37,013 bases of DNA from IMG/VR virus record IMGVR_UViG_3300029258_001319, positions 1 through 37,013 of that record; one strand, given 5' to 3'. The number at the start of each line of letters is the position of its first letter. Positions within the stretch are counted from its first letter, which is position 1. The notes beneath the pieces were generated by a model. That model was not told the DNA's origin and did no database searches. It was given only the letters and a program-made list of their open reading frames with translations. Positions 18,902 through 27,274 of this stretch are shown here, one piece after another. Source of the DNA: a virus. Lineage: Duplodnaviria > Caudoviricetes. Position numbers and translations under genes: made by a program.

Positions 18902-20272
18902 TTATCTCAATTCTCTCAAGTCGAATGTTCTAACACCATCAACGATGATTCTACCATAGAAACGGTTGTTAACCATTTTCTTAGCGTATCTTGTCATGAT
19001 ACCCTTGATAGGTGTAAAGTTGAATGGGTTGTACATTGTTGGAGTTAACTGTAATGGTACATATGGTGCGTAAACGTAACCTGTATCCAACAAAGAGTTA
19101 CCTTTGTGTCCTAACAATACTGTGTTAGGTGGGAAGTAAGGGTCACGATATACTTGATATCTACCTGATAAAGTACCAACTCTTTCAATACCCATGTTGT
19201 ACTGGTCTTGGTCAGGTGCTGCGTTTGATACGTGGAAGTACTCCAAGTCATCAAAGATTGCACTGATTTCAGAAGAAACAACAATCCAGTTAGCTCCACC
19301 TCTCAACGTAGACTTGTGAATCTGTGCTGAGATTTGGTTGATTGCTGTAATCAACGTTTGGTTCCAGTCCTTTTGAGTGTACTGAGTTAATGGATTAGCT
19401 GCAGTTCCTCTCTTCCATCCGTTGTAGTCCCAACGTAATGTCCAAGCTGCACCTTTTCTCAAGTCTCTTAAGATTTCACGGTCAATCTCTGCTGCCACCT
19501 GCTCTGATAATAAAGCTGTCAATTCAGCCTCAGCATCAATGTTGTGGAATGCAGAAACGTCCTGTGCTAATTCAGGAGACCACTGAGCTCTCAACTTTCT
19601 TTCTGTAACCGATACAGTTACTGATTCTAAGTCGAAAGAAACCTCACCAATTTTATCTTCAAATTCTAACTCTTCGTATACTCTGTATGTTGCAGTAAAC
19701 TGAGTGTTAACTGCCTCACTACCTGCGATAGTTGTAGTTAAACCTGAATATCCGTCCAATGAACCTGAACCGATAGATGCTGGTTCTTGTAAGTCAACTT
19801 CTAAGTAAATCTTACCTTCAGCATCACAGATGTTTTGGTATTCACCACCATTACCCAAAGTTGGGAATGTAGCGGTTGATTTTGAACCATATTCTACGAT
19901 ACCTTTACCGTATTTCTGTGTTACAACTCTGAAAATCAAGTTACCTGAACCTGCTCCTGAGAATGCACCACCTGCAGTAGTTACCGCATTAACCGTTAAG
20001 TCTGACAAGAATGATTCTGTATCAACAACAGCACCATCAGGACCTTGCATTTTACCGTAAGTACCTGAGTTAGTGAAACCTGTCATGATAAGTAATACTT
20101 TTCTGTACTCACCAGCAGCGTAAGCTGAAGGTACTAAGTCACTACCTGACCATGCAACAGTACCTACATCACCTGTAACCTGTATTATAAGCTGCAGATG
20201 CAGCTGCTTGTGTTGGTCCGTTAGGTGCTCCGATAGGTGCGAAGTGGTCGTTAGAACCTGCCTGTGCATCAT
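18902..20272 (-). CDS. Major capsid protein (T4 gp23-like), C-terminal part; real coding probably begins near 20180, after the frame break
   Basis: ERKLRAQWSPELAQDVSAFHNIDAEAELTALLSEQVAAEIDREIL, LRGGANWIVVS, YAPYVPL, FTPIKGIMTRYA. Confidence 0.93.
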   Translation of the reverse strand: MMHRQVLTTTSHLSEHLTDQHKQLHLQLIIQVTGDVGTVAWSGSDLVPSAYAAGEYRKVLLIMTGFTNSGTYGKMQGPDGAVVDTESFLSDLTVNAVTTAGGAFSGAGSGNLIFRVVTQKYGKGIVEYGSKSTATFPTLGNGGEYQNICDAEGKIYLEVDLQEPASIGSGSLDGYSGLTTTIAGSEAVNTQFTATYRVYEELEFEDKIGEVSFDLESVTVSVTERKLRAQWSPELAQDVSAFHNIDAEAELTALLSEQVAAEIDREILRDLRKGAAWTLRWDYNGWKRGTAANPLTQYTQKDWNQTLITAINQISAQIHKSTLRGGANWIVVSSEISAIFDDLEYFHVSNAAPDQDQYNMGIERVGTLSGRYQVYRDPYFPPNTVLLGHKGNSLLDTGYVYAPYVPLQLTPTMYNPFNFTPIKGIMTRYAKKMVNNRFYGRIIVDGVRTFDLRELR

Positions 20273-20609
20273 AACCTTGAATTTTAGGTACGAAGTAGAA
20301 CAATTTACCGATTGGTAAGTTCATAGCTTGTACAGAAACGATATCGTTAGCTAACAATTTAGAGAATACTCTTCTCACGATTGGGAAAACTACAGTTTCG
20401 AATGAACCTGAGTTATCTGATGCTGCCGCTTCGTTTATTAAATGTGACGCTTGGTTTTCATACAACTGCGCCATGTTTTCTTTAACGTGACCTTTAAGAC
20501 CCTCTAAGAATCCTAATTTGTCCCATTTGTTGATTGTGTCTTCTTTGATAACTTTCAAGTGTTTTAAACCGATGTTACCAACAAGACCTGATTCTAATAA
20601 TGCTCCCAT
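20169..20609 (-). CDS. Major capsid protein (T4 gp23-like), N-terminal part ending at a premature TGA
   Basis: LYENQ, LINE|A (likely maturation site) and FPIVRRVFSKLLANDIVSVQAMNLPIGKLF. Confidence 0.9.
   Translation of the reverse strand: MGALLESGLVGNIGLKHLKVIKEDTINKWDKLGFLEGLKGHVKENMAQLYENQASHLINEAAASDNSGSFETVVFPIVRRVFSKLLANDIVSVQAMNLPIGKLFYFVPKIQGYDAQAGSNDHFAPIGAPNGPTQAAASAAYNTGYR
20171..20184. repeat. 7-bp tandem repeat (ACCTGTA)x2 at the capsid frame break
   Basis: Read directly. The coding strand reads AA TACAGGT TACAGGT GATG. Confidence 0.9.
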
Positions 20610-20634
20610 TTTAGTATTTTTTTAATTTTAGGTT

Positions 20635-22092
20635 TTATTTAGTAATTTTTGTCATCAAATCTCTCATTCTTAAGAATTGAGGATTTTCATACGTTTTAGA
20701 CTCAATAAGATTTGTTGCCGAACCTTTTGATGGTGATTTCTGTACTTTAGATTCTACTGATTCTTTAACTACAGTTTCTTTACCGTCAAAGTCTTCTTTC
20801 AAAGTCTTATATAAAGTCTTAGATTCCTTCAATGTTTCAACTGAGTCGAAACGTCTTAGGATGTTTATTTTTTCTTGTTTGGTTGTTGAATGTTCAGTGA
20901 ACAAACGAGTAGCGTAAGCCAAGTTTGAATTAAATACAGCAACTTCATTTAACTTTTCTCTAAAGATGTTCAATGCTTTTCTGTACTCTTCGTTTTTAGC
21001 TCTTAAAGAATCTACTTCAGCCTTTAATTCACTTTCATTAACTGACTTGTTAGGTTCTACCTTCATTTTTGGTAAACCTTTTCTCTTAGGATAGTTTCTT
21101 GTACCATTTCCTAATGTACGTGCAGCTTCTGATGTTTCAGCATCTTCTTCATAAGCCGGTGTTTTTTGTTTCATACCTTTTTTAGTGGTATAGTCCTCAT
21201 CACCTGGGTGAGTTTTTGATTTATCACCATACTTTTCACCTTCACTCATTTCTTCTTCATAAGCTGGTGTTTTTTGTTTCATACCTTTTTTAGTAGTATA
21301 ATCCTCATCACCTGGGTGAGTTTTTGATTTATCACCATACTTTTCACCTTCGCCCATCTCTTCTTCATTATAACCTTCATCAACCATTTCTGATTTCTCT
21401 TCATCCTCCTCTTCAACATCCATCTCAATTTCAAAAACAACTTCTTCATCCATTTCTTCAACAGATGCGTCAGCGAATGGGTCAGTGTTTTCCTCACCTT
21501 CGTCAACTTCAGTCATTTTATCTTCTTCAGATTCAGTTTGAATAATGTACTCAACATCTTCTTCATCATCACTTAAGTGAATTTCATCACCGTCTTGTTT
21601 AACGATAATTCCATCTTCATCACCCATAGCCTTGAAAACCTTTAAGATTTCCTCGTCTGATGCTCCTGTTAAGTCAAGAGGAAGTAAAACTTCTTCTTCA
21701 TCGTCAACTTCAAACTCGTCACCAGGTAAATCGATACCTAACATGTCTTCCATGTCAATCTCATCACCCATGTCTTCGTCTTCCATTTCAGAATCTTCAT
21801 CCGCATCCATGTCACCCATTTCAGGTTCCATTTCAACTTCTTCTTCGTCTTCCATGTCAACTTCTTGTTCAGTTACTTCTTCAGCAACTTCTTCTGTAGC
21901 TTCCATTTCGACTTCCGTGTTAACCATTTCGTCAGCTTCTTCTTCAGATAATGATTCTTTTACTAATTCACTGATTTCTTCCTTCATAGTAGAAGCAAGT
22001 ATTCCTTTTGCATTTTCAGTTACGGCTTCTTCCAAATTTTTCATTTGTAATAGTGCCTCTTCAACTAATGATTTTTTAGTATTCTCTGCCAT
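20635..22092 (-). CDS. Prohead core/scaffold protein (gp22-like)
   Basis: Very acidic, C-terminal coiled coil (LNEVAVFNSNLAY), immediately upstream of the capsid gene. I prefer the ATG at 22092. Confidence 0.75.
   Translation of the reverse strand: MAENTKKSLVEEALLQMKNLEEAVTENAKGILASTMKEEISELVKESLSEEEADEMVNTEVEMEATEEVAEEVTEQEVDMEDEEEVEMEPEMGDMDADEDSEMEDEDMGDEIDMEDMLGIDLPGDEFEVDDEEEVLLPLDLTGASDEEILKVFKAMGDEDGIIVKQDGDEIHLSDDEEDVEYIIQTESEEDKMTEVDEGEENTDPFADASVEEMDEEVVFEIEMDVEEEDEEKSEMVDEGYNEEEMGEGEKYGDKSKTHPGDEDYTTKKGMKQKTPAYEEEMSEGEKYGDKSKTHPGDEDYTTKKGMKQKTPAYEEDAETSEAARTLGNGTRNYPKRKGLPKMKVEPNKSVNESELKAEVDSLRAKNEEYRKALNIFREKLNEVAVFNSNLAYATRLFTEHSTTKQEKINILRRFDSVETLKESKTLYKTLKEDFDGKETVVKESVESKVQKSPSKGSATNLIESKTYENPQFLRMRDLMTKITK
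21143..21368. repeat. 108-bp tandem duplication (36 aa) in the scaffold gene
   Basis: Copies start at 21143 and 21251, with a 10-bp partial copy at 21359. I count 6 mismatches. Confidence 0.92.
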
Positions 22093-22122
22093 TTTTTTAT
22101 TACGCAAGCGTTTATTTTACTA

Positions 22123-22130
22123 TATAAATA
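22123..22130 (-). promoter_or_regulatory. Candidate late promoter TATTTATA for the scaffold-capsid operon
   Basis: Lies between the upstream terminator and ATG 22092. Confidence 0.6.
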
Positions 22131-22169
22131 TTCAGATATTAGAAAAAAGTTAATTTTAATAGTAATAGC

Positions 22170-22198
22170 AAAAAAAAATCGGGTATTAACCCGATTTT
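22170..22198 (-). terminator. Intrinsic terminator
   Basis: AAAATCGGGT-ATTA-ACCCGATTTT with an A9 run (T9 on the - strand). Confidence 0.8.
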
Positions 22199-22224
22199 AA
22201 AAATTATCTGATAAGTGACCGATA

Positions 22225-22434
22225 TTACTCGTAAACCTCATCGATTTTACTTTCAGCACATGCTGTAATTCTCCAATCATGTGGAAAACCTTCGAATTTT
22301 TTAGTTACTTTGGCCTCAACCTCAGTGACGTTATAACCCCTCACAAGTTTTTCTTCTCTAATTTTTTTGATTTTACCACTATTCTCATCGGGTAAATCGT
22401 ACTGAATTTTTGCTACAAAATATTTCTCGTCCAT
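22225..22434 (-). CDS. DUF4494-like small protein
   Basis: YFVAKIQY...GKIKKIREEKLV...TEVEAKV resembles the Bacteroidota DUF4494 pattern. Confidence 0.55.
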   Translation of the reverse strand: MDEKYFVAKIQYDLPDENSGKIKKIREEKLVRGYNVTEVEAKVTKKFEGFPHDWRITACAESKIDEVYE

Positions 22435-22445
22435 AATAAAAAGTT

Positions 22446-23174
22446 TTAATATCCTAAATAATCGGATAACTTCTTCATTAAGTCAAGCGATTTGTTCAAA
22501 CCTTGTCCTCCATCGATTCTTGGTTCTTGAGCTCTTAACTTAGTTTCTTCCTCAAGATTCTCTTCGTACTTGTTTTTATCTTCTTTGTTTAAGAACAAGT
22601 AAGCACCAGGTGTAGATGGTGATGATACTAAGTCAAAACAAATTAATTCAAAATCGTCTTGTACTTCATTACGTTCACCTTTTTTAACTAATGAACCAAC
22701 ACCACGAGATGACACACCCATAGTAACACCTTGTCTCATAAGGTTTGCTGCCATATCACCTGGACATGAAACAACACCTCTTTCGTGGAAACCTGGTGAA
22801 GTAAGTAATTTAATTTTACCCATCAATACATTTCCTTCCCACCACATATCAGTGATAAGGTGAGACACACGGTCTAAATCAATAAGTGATGATTCAGGGT
22901 GATTTAATTCTGAAATAGATAAACCTTTATCAATAGCCTTTTTATAATTCTCGGCTTCTCTACGTAATATTTTTTCAGGATAGATACGACCGTTTCTGTT
23001 TGGTGTATCAAACTTTTGAAGTACGGCATAAAAAACGAATGGTTTTGAGTGGTCTAATTGACCATATGATTCTTTAATAACTTCTGCGTTTCTTGAATCG
23101 TTTGGTGATATATAACCAGCATCCCATTCTACTAATATTCCTTTTCCTGAATCGTTTGGACCTAATATCTTCAT
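22446..23174 (-). CDS. Prohead protease (T4 gp21-like)
   Basis: PNRNGRIYP, ELNHP, GVSSRGVGS, DLVSSPSTPGA. Confidence 0.92.
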   Translation of the reverse strand: MKILGPNDSGKGILVEWDAGYISPNDSRNAEVIKESYGQLDHSKPFVFYAVLQKFDTPNRNGRIYPEKILRREAENYKKAIDKGLSISELNHPESSLIDLDRVSHLITDMWWEGNVLMGKIKLLTSPGFHERGVVSCPGDMAANLMRQGVTMGVSSRGVGSLVKKGERNEVQDDFELICFDLVSSPSTPGAYLFLNKEDKNKYEENLEEETKLRAQEPRIDGGQGLNKSLDLMKKLSDYLGY

Positions 23175-23186
23175 GGTATTTTATTT

Positions 23187-23194
23187 TATAAATA
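23187..23194 (-). promoter_or_regulatory. Candidate late promoter TATTTATA
   Basis: 12 nt before ATG 23174, inside a 19-mer identical to 25354-25372. Confidence 0.6.
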
Positions 23195-23205
23195 TGTTGT
23201 ATTAC

Positions 23206-23592
23206 TTAATATAGATGTAAAACAACATCATATTCAGTTAAATTTAGAGGTAACGCTTTCTTTACTATGTTGTCTATATTGTCAACAATGAATATTTTTA
23301 TTAACATACCTAATGGTAAATCATCAGAAGTATACATGTCAATAATAGACCATTCTTTAGCAAATCCGCTAACGTCTACATCATCATGTAAAATTTTACT
23401 TACTTTAGCTTCTATAGATACATCATCAATTTCCCCTATTAATTCAATATCTTTTAAATAAACTTTAGTGTTACCATTTTTATACACCAATTCACTTGGC
23501 ATATAATTGTTTAAAATCCCTAACTGGTCTTTTTCTTCAGTTAGGGATTTTTGTATATTTTTTAATTGTTTTTCAGAGATGACTATTTTCAC
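23206..23592 (-). CDS. Hypothetical protein (GTG start) with a possible head-targeting leader
   Basis: MKIVISEKQLKNIQKSLTEE, with TATTTATT at 23606-23613 upstream. Confidence 0.7.
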   Translation of the reverse strand: MKIVISEKQLKNIQKSLTEEKDQLGILNNYMPSELVYKNGNTKVYLKDIELIGEIDDVSIEAKVSKILHDDVDVSGFAKEWSIIDMYTSDDLPLGMLIKIFIVDNIDNIVKKALPLNLTEYDVVLHLY

Positions 23593-23613
23593 AACAAAGT
23601 TTTATAATAAATA

Positions 23614-24054
23614 TTACACTTTCTTTGTTTTGGTTTTTGATAACCAAAAATAAGGAGAACTGTATAATTCATCATTATAAACTGAGGTGACAATTTTTTT
23701 AATTTTTTCCTTTAATATTGGTGATTTAAAATCTTCATTTTGATTTTTCATGAATAGTGTGATTTCAAGATTCATAAATGAACGTTTATCCATTTGTATA
23801 CCACTTGTTCTTAAATCTAAATCCACGATTGAATTTCTATCAAATGTTAGTAGGTCCACACATTCTAATAAATTATGTTGTATTTGTCTTTTTAAATTCC
23901 CCGCAACTCGGTCCCAATTTAAAGCCTCTTTTTTGGGTTCAACCCATGATTGTATTACTATGTAAATTGATTTTAATTCTTTTGAATCTACTGTACCATA
24001 AAAACACTTAGCATTTTCGAAAACATTTAATTTCGAAGTCTTTCCTTTCTTCAT
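23614..24054 (-). CDS. Hypothetical protein
   Basis: 146-aa ORF divergent from rpsU. Confidence 0.75.
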   Translation of the reverse strand: MKKGKTSKLNVFENAKCFYGTVDSKELKSIYIVIQSWVEPKKEALNWDRVAGNLKRQIQHNLLECVDLLTFDRNSIVDLDLRTSGIQMDKRSFMNLEITLFMKNQNEDFKSPILKEKIKKIVTSVYNDELYSSPYFWLSKTKTKKV

Positions 24055-24135
24055 TCATTTTTAAATTTCTTTAGTTTATTTGTAGTAATAATAAAATATT
24101 TTTCCTTACAAGTCAAAACTTGATATAAATGATTA

Positions 24136-24143
24136 TATTTATT
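24136..24143 (+). promoter_or_regulatory. Candidate late promoter TATTTATT upstream of rpsU
   Basis: 16 nt before ATG 24160. Confidence 0.5.
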
Positions 24144-24159
24144 ATCATAACTAACATAT

Positions 24160-24357
24160 ATGATTATAATAGAAGTAGGAAAAAGAGAAAATATCGACAG
24201 AGCCTTAAAAAGGTACAAGTACAAAGTCATTAAGTCAAAACAAATGGACGAGGTACGTAAAAGAAAAGAATTCACAAAGAAATCTCAAAAGAGAAGAAAG
24301 AAAATAGAAAAAGCCAAATATATTCAGAAACTAAGAGACCAAGAATATGATTCATAA
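24160..24357 (+). CDS. rpsU: Phage-encoded 30S ribosomal protein bS21
   Basis: ENIDRALKRYKYK...RKRKEFTKKSQKRR...KAKYIQ, a Bacteroidota-type sequence. Confidence 0.9.
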   Translation: MIIIEVGKRENIDRALKRYKYKVIKSKQMDEVRKRKEFTKKSQKRRKKIEKAKYIQKLRDQEYDS

Positions 24358-24383
24358 AAAAAGTCCCCGATTGGGGACTTTTT
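24356..24383. terminator. Bidirectional intrinsic terminator
   Basis: AAAAAGTCCCC-GATT-GGGGACTTTTT between convergent genes. Confidence 0.85.
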
Positions 24384-24404
24384 AATTTTTATAAGTTTTT
24401 ATTG

Positions 24405-24617
24405 TTACTTATTTAACTTTGATGAAATCCAAGCTTTTACAATATCCCAGTTTCTTGTCGCAAATACACCGAAACAAAATCCAGCCCAAATCTTAAAGTT
24501 CATAATCCAAAGTACCAATCCTACAATAAGCCCTAATACTCCTTCAACACCGTTAGCTTTAATCCATTCCTTAACCATGTTGTAAACTTTCTTGATGAAT
24601 TCTAACACTTTTTTCAT
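24405..24617 (-). CDS. Small membrane protein
   Basis: 70 aa with hydrophobic segments GVLGLIVGLVLWIM and IWAGFCFGVFA. Confidence 0.7.
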   Translation of the reverse strand: MKKVLEFIKKVYNMVKEWIKANGVEGVLGLIVGLVLWIMNFKIWAGFCFGVFATRNWDIVKAWISSKLNK

Positions 24618-25351
24618 AATCCTTGATTTAATTGTGTAAGTTTATAAAGTGATACTAAATCACTTTTAGATTCTGAAATCTTTTCAATAGTTAAATTTAT
24701 TTTTTCTGTAATTTCAGAATCAGTTGATTCGTTCAGGTTACTTTTCAGTTTACCTAAAACAGATTCTTTTAATTCTTCATGTTTTGTTTTAACTTCTTCT
24801 TTTGTTAAAGATAAAAGTTCTTTAAGTTCTTTTTTCTCTTCCTCAGTAATATTTTCAAATTCTTTATTAAATGAATTTGAAGCTATTTTTAACATTGATG
24901 ATAATGGGATATTAATAGACTCAGTCATTACAACATTTTCTTTTTCAGTTGTAATTAAGTTTTTAATGTTTCTTTTTGATTCTAAAACATTTTCTAAATT
25001 TTTTATAGATTTGTTGTTATATACAACGTTGTCTATATCTGAGTAACTACTATTAACTTCTTCAGATAATACTCCGTCAATCCATTCTGATAATGATGAA
25101 ATTTGTTTTGTATTTTTCTCTATTAATTTTTGTAATTCTTCAATAGATTCATTAACATAATCTGAGGCAATTTCTTTGTCTAAACCCTTTTTAGAAGATA
25201 AGTCATCATAGATATAAAAAATCTTAGATATGTCTTTATTTTCTAAAATATTTTTTTTGAAGTTTTTCATGTGGTTTTTAAACTCTTCTTTACCATAGAG
25301 TTTTACCATAGACTCTTCAATTTTAGTTTTAATTATTCCGAAAGGTTTCAT
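24614..25351 (-). CDS. Hypothetical helical protein downstream of the portal (possible prohead core component)
   Basis: 245-aa E/K-rich ORF with TATTTATA at 25364-25371 upstream. Confidence 0.7.
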   Translation of the reverse strand: MKPFGIIKTKIEESMVKLYGKEEFKNHMKNFKKNILENKDISKIFYIYDDLSSKKGLDKEIASDYVNESIEELQKLIEKNTKQISSLSEWIDGVLSEEVNSSYSDIDNVVYNNKSIKNLENVLESKRNIKNLITTEKENVVMTESINIPLSSMLKIASNSFNKEFENITEEEKKELKELLSLTKEEVKTKHEELKESVLGKLKSNLNESTDSEITEKINLTIEKISESKSDLVSLYKLTQLNQGL

Positions 25352-25374
25352 AATATTTTATTTTATAAATATTA

Positions 25375-27225
25375 CTATTTCAGTAACTCGCCCAATTTAT
25401 CATCTATTTCACTTAACGACTTCTTACCTTTTGATAAATCTAAAGTATCTAAACCGTTAATCATATCATCTTCTAATATAAGATTTAAATCATTCATTTT
25501 TTTAGATTCAGGTGCCAATTCAGGTGCCGCCTCTGCTCCACCACCTAAGTCAGGTGCGGGTTCTGAACCACCTCCCAAGTCTCCACCTAAGTCACCACCA
25601 CCTAAGTCTCCAAATCCTGTATCTGCAGGTTCTGTTACTTCACCCTCAGGTGTTGCACTTCCACCTTCACCAGGTTTGTTACCGTATAACTTATCAATAT
25701 TGGCAAATATACCTGTCTTAGTGATAACTTCACCAGTCTTTTCAAGTTCAGCCGCAACCGCCTTTTCAATTCTCTGTTGTTGAATATCCAATTTAATTTC
25801 TTCATCTGAGAATCCAAGAATATGTTTCTTAGCCCAAGATGATGAAACAGGAAGAATACCATTACCAGGGTCTGTTGTTGCATCACGGTAAAGTTGAATC
25901 TTAGCTTGCCATTGTTCAACCTTAAGAAGGTCGGCTTGTGTTGATGGATTAGTAAGTCCTAATGTGAAATTGTTAAGTTCATCCTCAAATCCTAAAAGGT
26001 AAAGGTGAATAATAGCAATTTTATTTAACTCCTGAATCATAGATTTTTGTATTCTATTGATTGTACGAGCAAATCTAATGTCCTGTAATGACAGGTTCTT
26101 ACCATCACCAACAACTTCTTCAAATCCTAAAAAGGCTTTAGGTACACGAAGTGCTGTAAGTAGTTTTTTCTGAATATACTCAATATCCGCAATCTCCGCC
26201 AAGTTTTGTGCTCCTGGTAGTGTATCGATTGGGTTTGGTGCGTTAGGGTCACGAACAGGAATAAAATAGTCTTGGTCGACAGCCATTTGGTTATATCTTA
26301 AATCGACATTACCATTTGACGGGTCAACAATTTGGTCTCTTTTAAACTTGTTGGCGACTCGGTTTACGTATGGTTCAACATCTTTGTCGTCCATATTACC
26401 AACGTATATTTTAAACACCCTTCTTTCAGGTGCCCTCGATGTTCTATAAATTAACATCGCATCCTCAGCTAATAATAACTGTTTCCAAATCCTTCTGGCT
26501 TTTTCTAACATAGAAGTTCCATAAGGAAGTTTTCGGTCATCACCCAATAATCTAAAGTGGGCAATTTCCCATGTGTTGAAATTCATATCTTTGTCTTTCC
26601 ATACGAATTTCAAGGCATCGTTTTCAGTAGTGGTAGTCGTAGTCTTACTGTTTGGTGAATACTTCATACCTCTTTCCAAACGCTCAATCTGAATGTTTGG
26701 AAGTTGTTGTGCACCCATAATACCCTTTTCAGGGTCTAATTTTAAGTAAACAAAATTGTCTCCAAACTTACAAGTATTTCGAGTCCACATAGGTAAGTTA
26801 GTATTAATATCAAGTCTATTGTTGAACAAGTCACCAAGAACTGATTTAATACGTTTACTTTCTGAATAAATTTGTAATATAAATCCATCTTCATTTGTTG
26901 TTGTTGATTCTTCTGCGTAGATGTCAAGTGCTGCAGATATTTCAGGAGTATATTCCATACTCTCATAATCATAATACGAAGCCAACCTTGTTGGTTCATA
27001 ATATACGGCTTGAGTATATAGATTGTTTTCAATCTTGGTCCATTGTTGTCCCAAGTATAATGATTGCTGAGCTTGAAGTTTTTCTCTCTCGTACTCTTGT
27101 TTGTTAGGTGTCTTAAGAAGTTCTTTCTTATCAAACCTATAAACAGGAGACTGTTGGTCCAACGTAGAATCAGGACCAAATACTTGACCCAACCTCTGCC
27201 ATATAGTTAAATTATTATCTGCCAT
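25375..27225 (-). CDS. Portal protein (T4 gp20-like)
   Basis: EDAMLIYRTSRAPERRVFKIYVGN, DYFIP, IDTLPGAQNL, DIEYIQKKL..ALRVPK. It has a Gly-rich C-tail, and TATTTATG at 27240-27247 upstream. Confidence 0.94.
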   Translation of the reverse strand: MADNNLTIWQRLGQVFGPDSTLDQQSPVYRFDKKELLKTPNKQEYEREKLQAQQSLYLGQQWTKIENNLYTQAVYYEPTRLASYYDYESMEYTPEISAALDIYAEESTTTNEDGFILQIYSESKRIKSVLGDLFNNRLDINTNLPMWTRNTCKFGDNFVYLKLDPEKGIMGAQQLPNIQIERLERGMKYSPNSKTTTTTTENDALKFVWKDKDMNFNTWEIAHFRLLGDDRKLPYGTSMLEKARRIWKQLLLAEDAMLIYRTSRAPERRVFKIYVGNMDDKDVEPYVNRVANKFKRDQIVDPSNGNVDLRYNQMAVDQDYFIPVRDPNAPNPIDTLPGAQNLAEIADIEYIQKKLLTALRVPKAFLGFEEVVGDGKNLSLQDIRFARTINRIQKSMIQELNKIAIIHLYLLGFEDELNNFTLGLTNPSTQADLLKVEQWQAKIQLYRDATTDPGNGILPVSSSWAKKHILGFSDEEIKLDIQQQRIEKAVAAELEKTGEVITKTGIFANIDKLYGNKPGEGGSATPEGEVTEPADTGFGDLGGGDLGGDLGGGSEPAPDLGGGAEAAPELAPESKKMNDLNLILEDDMINGLDTLDLSKGKKSLSEIDDKLGELLK

Positions 27226-27274
27226 TCAAATACTTTTTACATAAATAGTATTAAATATTTAATTAAATTAAATA

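Noticed and set aside
20169-20171. TGA read-through or an alternative genetic code as the explanation for the split capsid
   Set aside because: The same frame hits TAG a few codons later, and the conserved sequence continues in another frame. Other genes are intact under code 11.
20185-20272. N-terminal extension MMHRQVLTT... of the 456-aa ORF
   Set aside because: It is an out-of-frame reading of the real capsid N-terminal coding region.
21143-21368. Repeats as a CRISPR array
   Set aside because: They are in-frame coding tandem duplications with no spacers and no cas genes.
21632-22153. 173-aa Ser-rich + strand ORF, and similar ORFs at 25271-25783, 29785-30090, 31629-31997 and 32181-32492
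   Set aside because: These are antisense shadows of acidic or Gly-rich genes on the - strand.
24088-24116. Sigma70-like TTGACT-N17-TATTAT on the - strand before the 146-aa gene
   Set aside because: It is a single instance in very AT-rich DNA, and the inferred host uses a different consensus. Not supportable without TSS data.
24405-24617. Holin call for the small membrane protein
   Set aside because: No endolysin is nearby and no family motif is recognisable.
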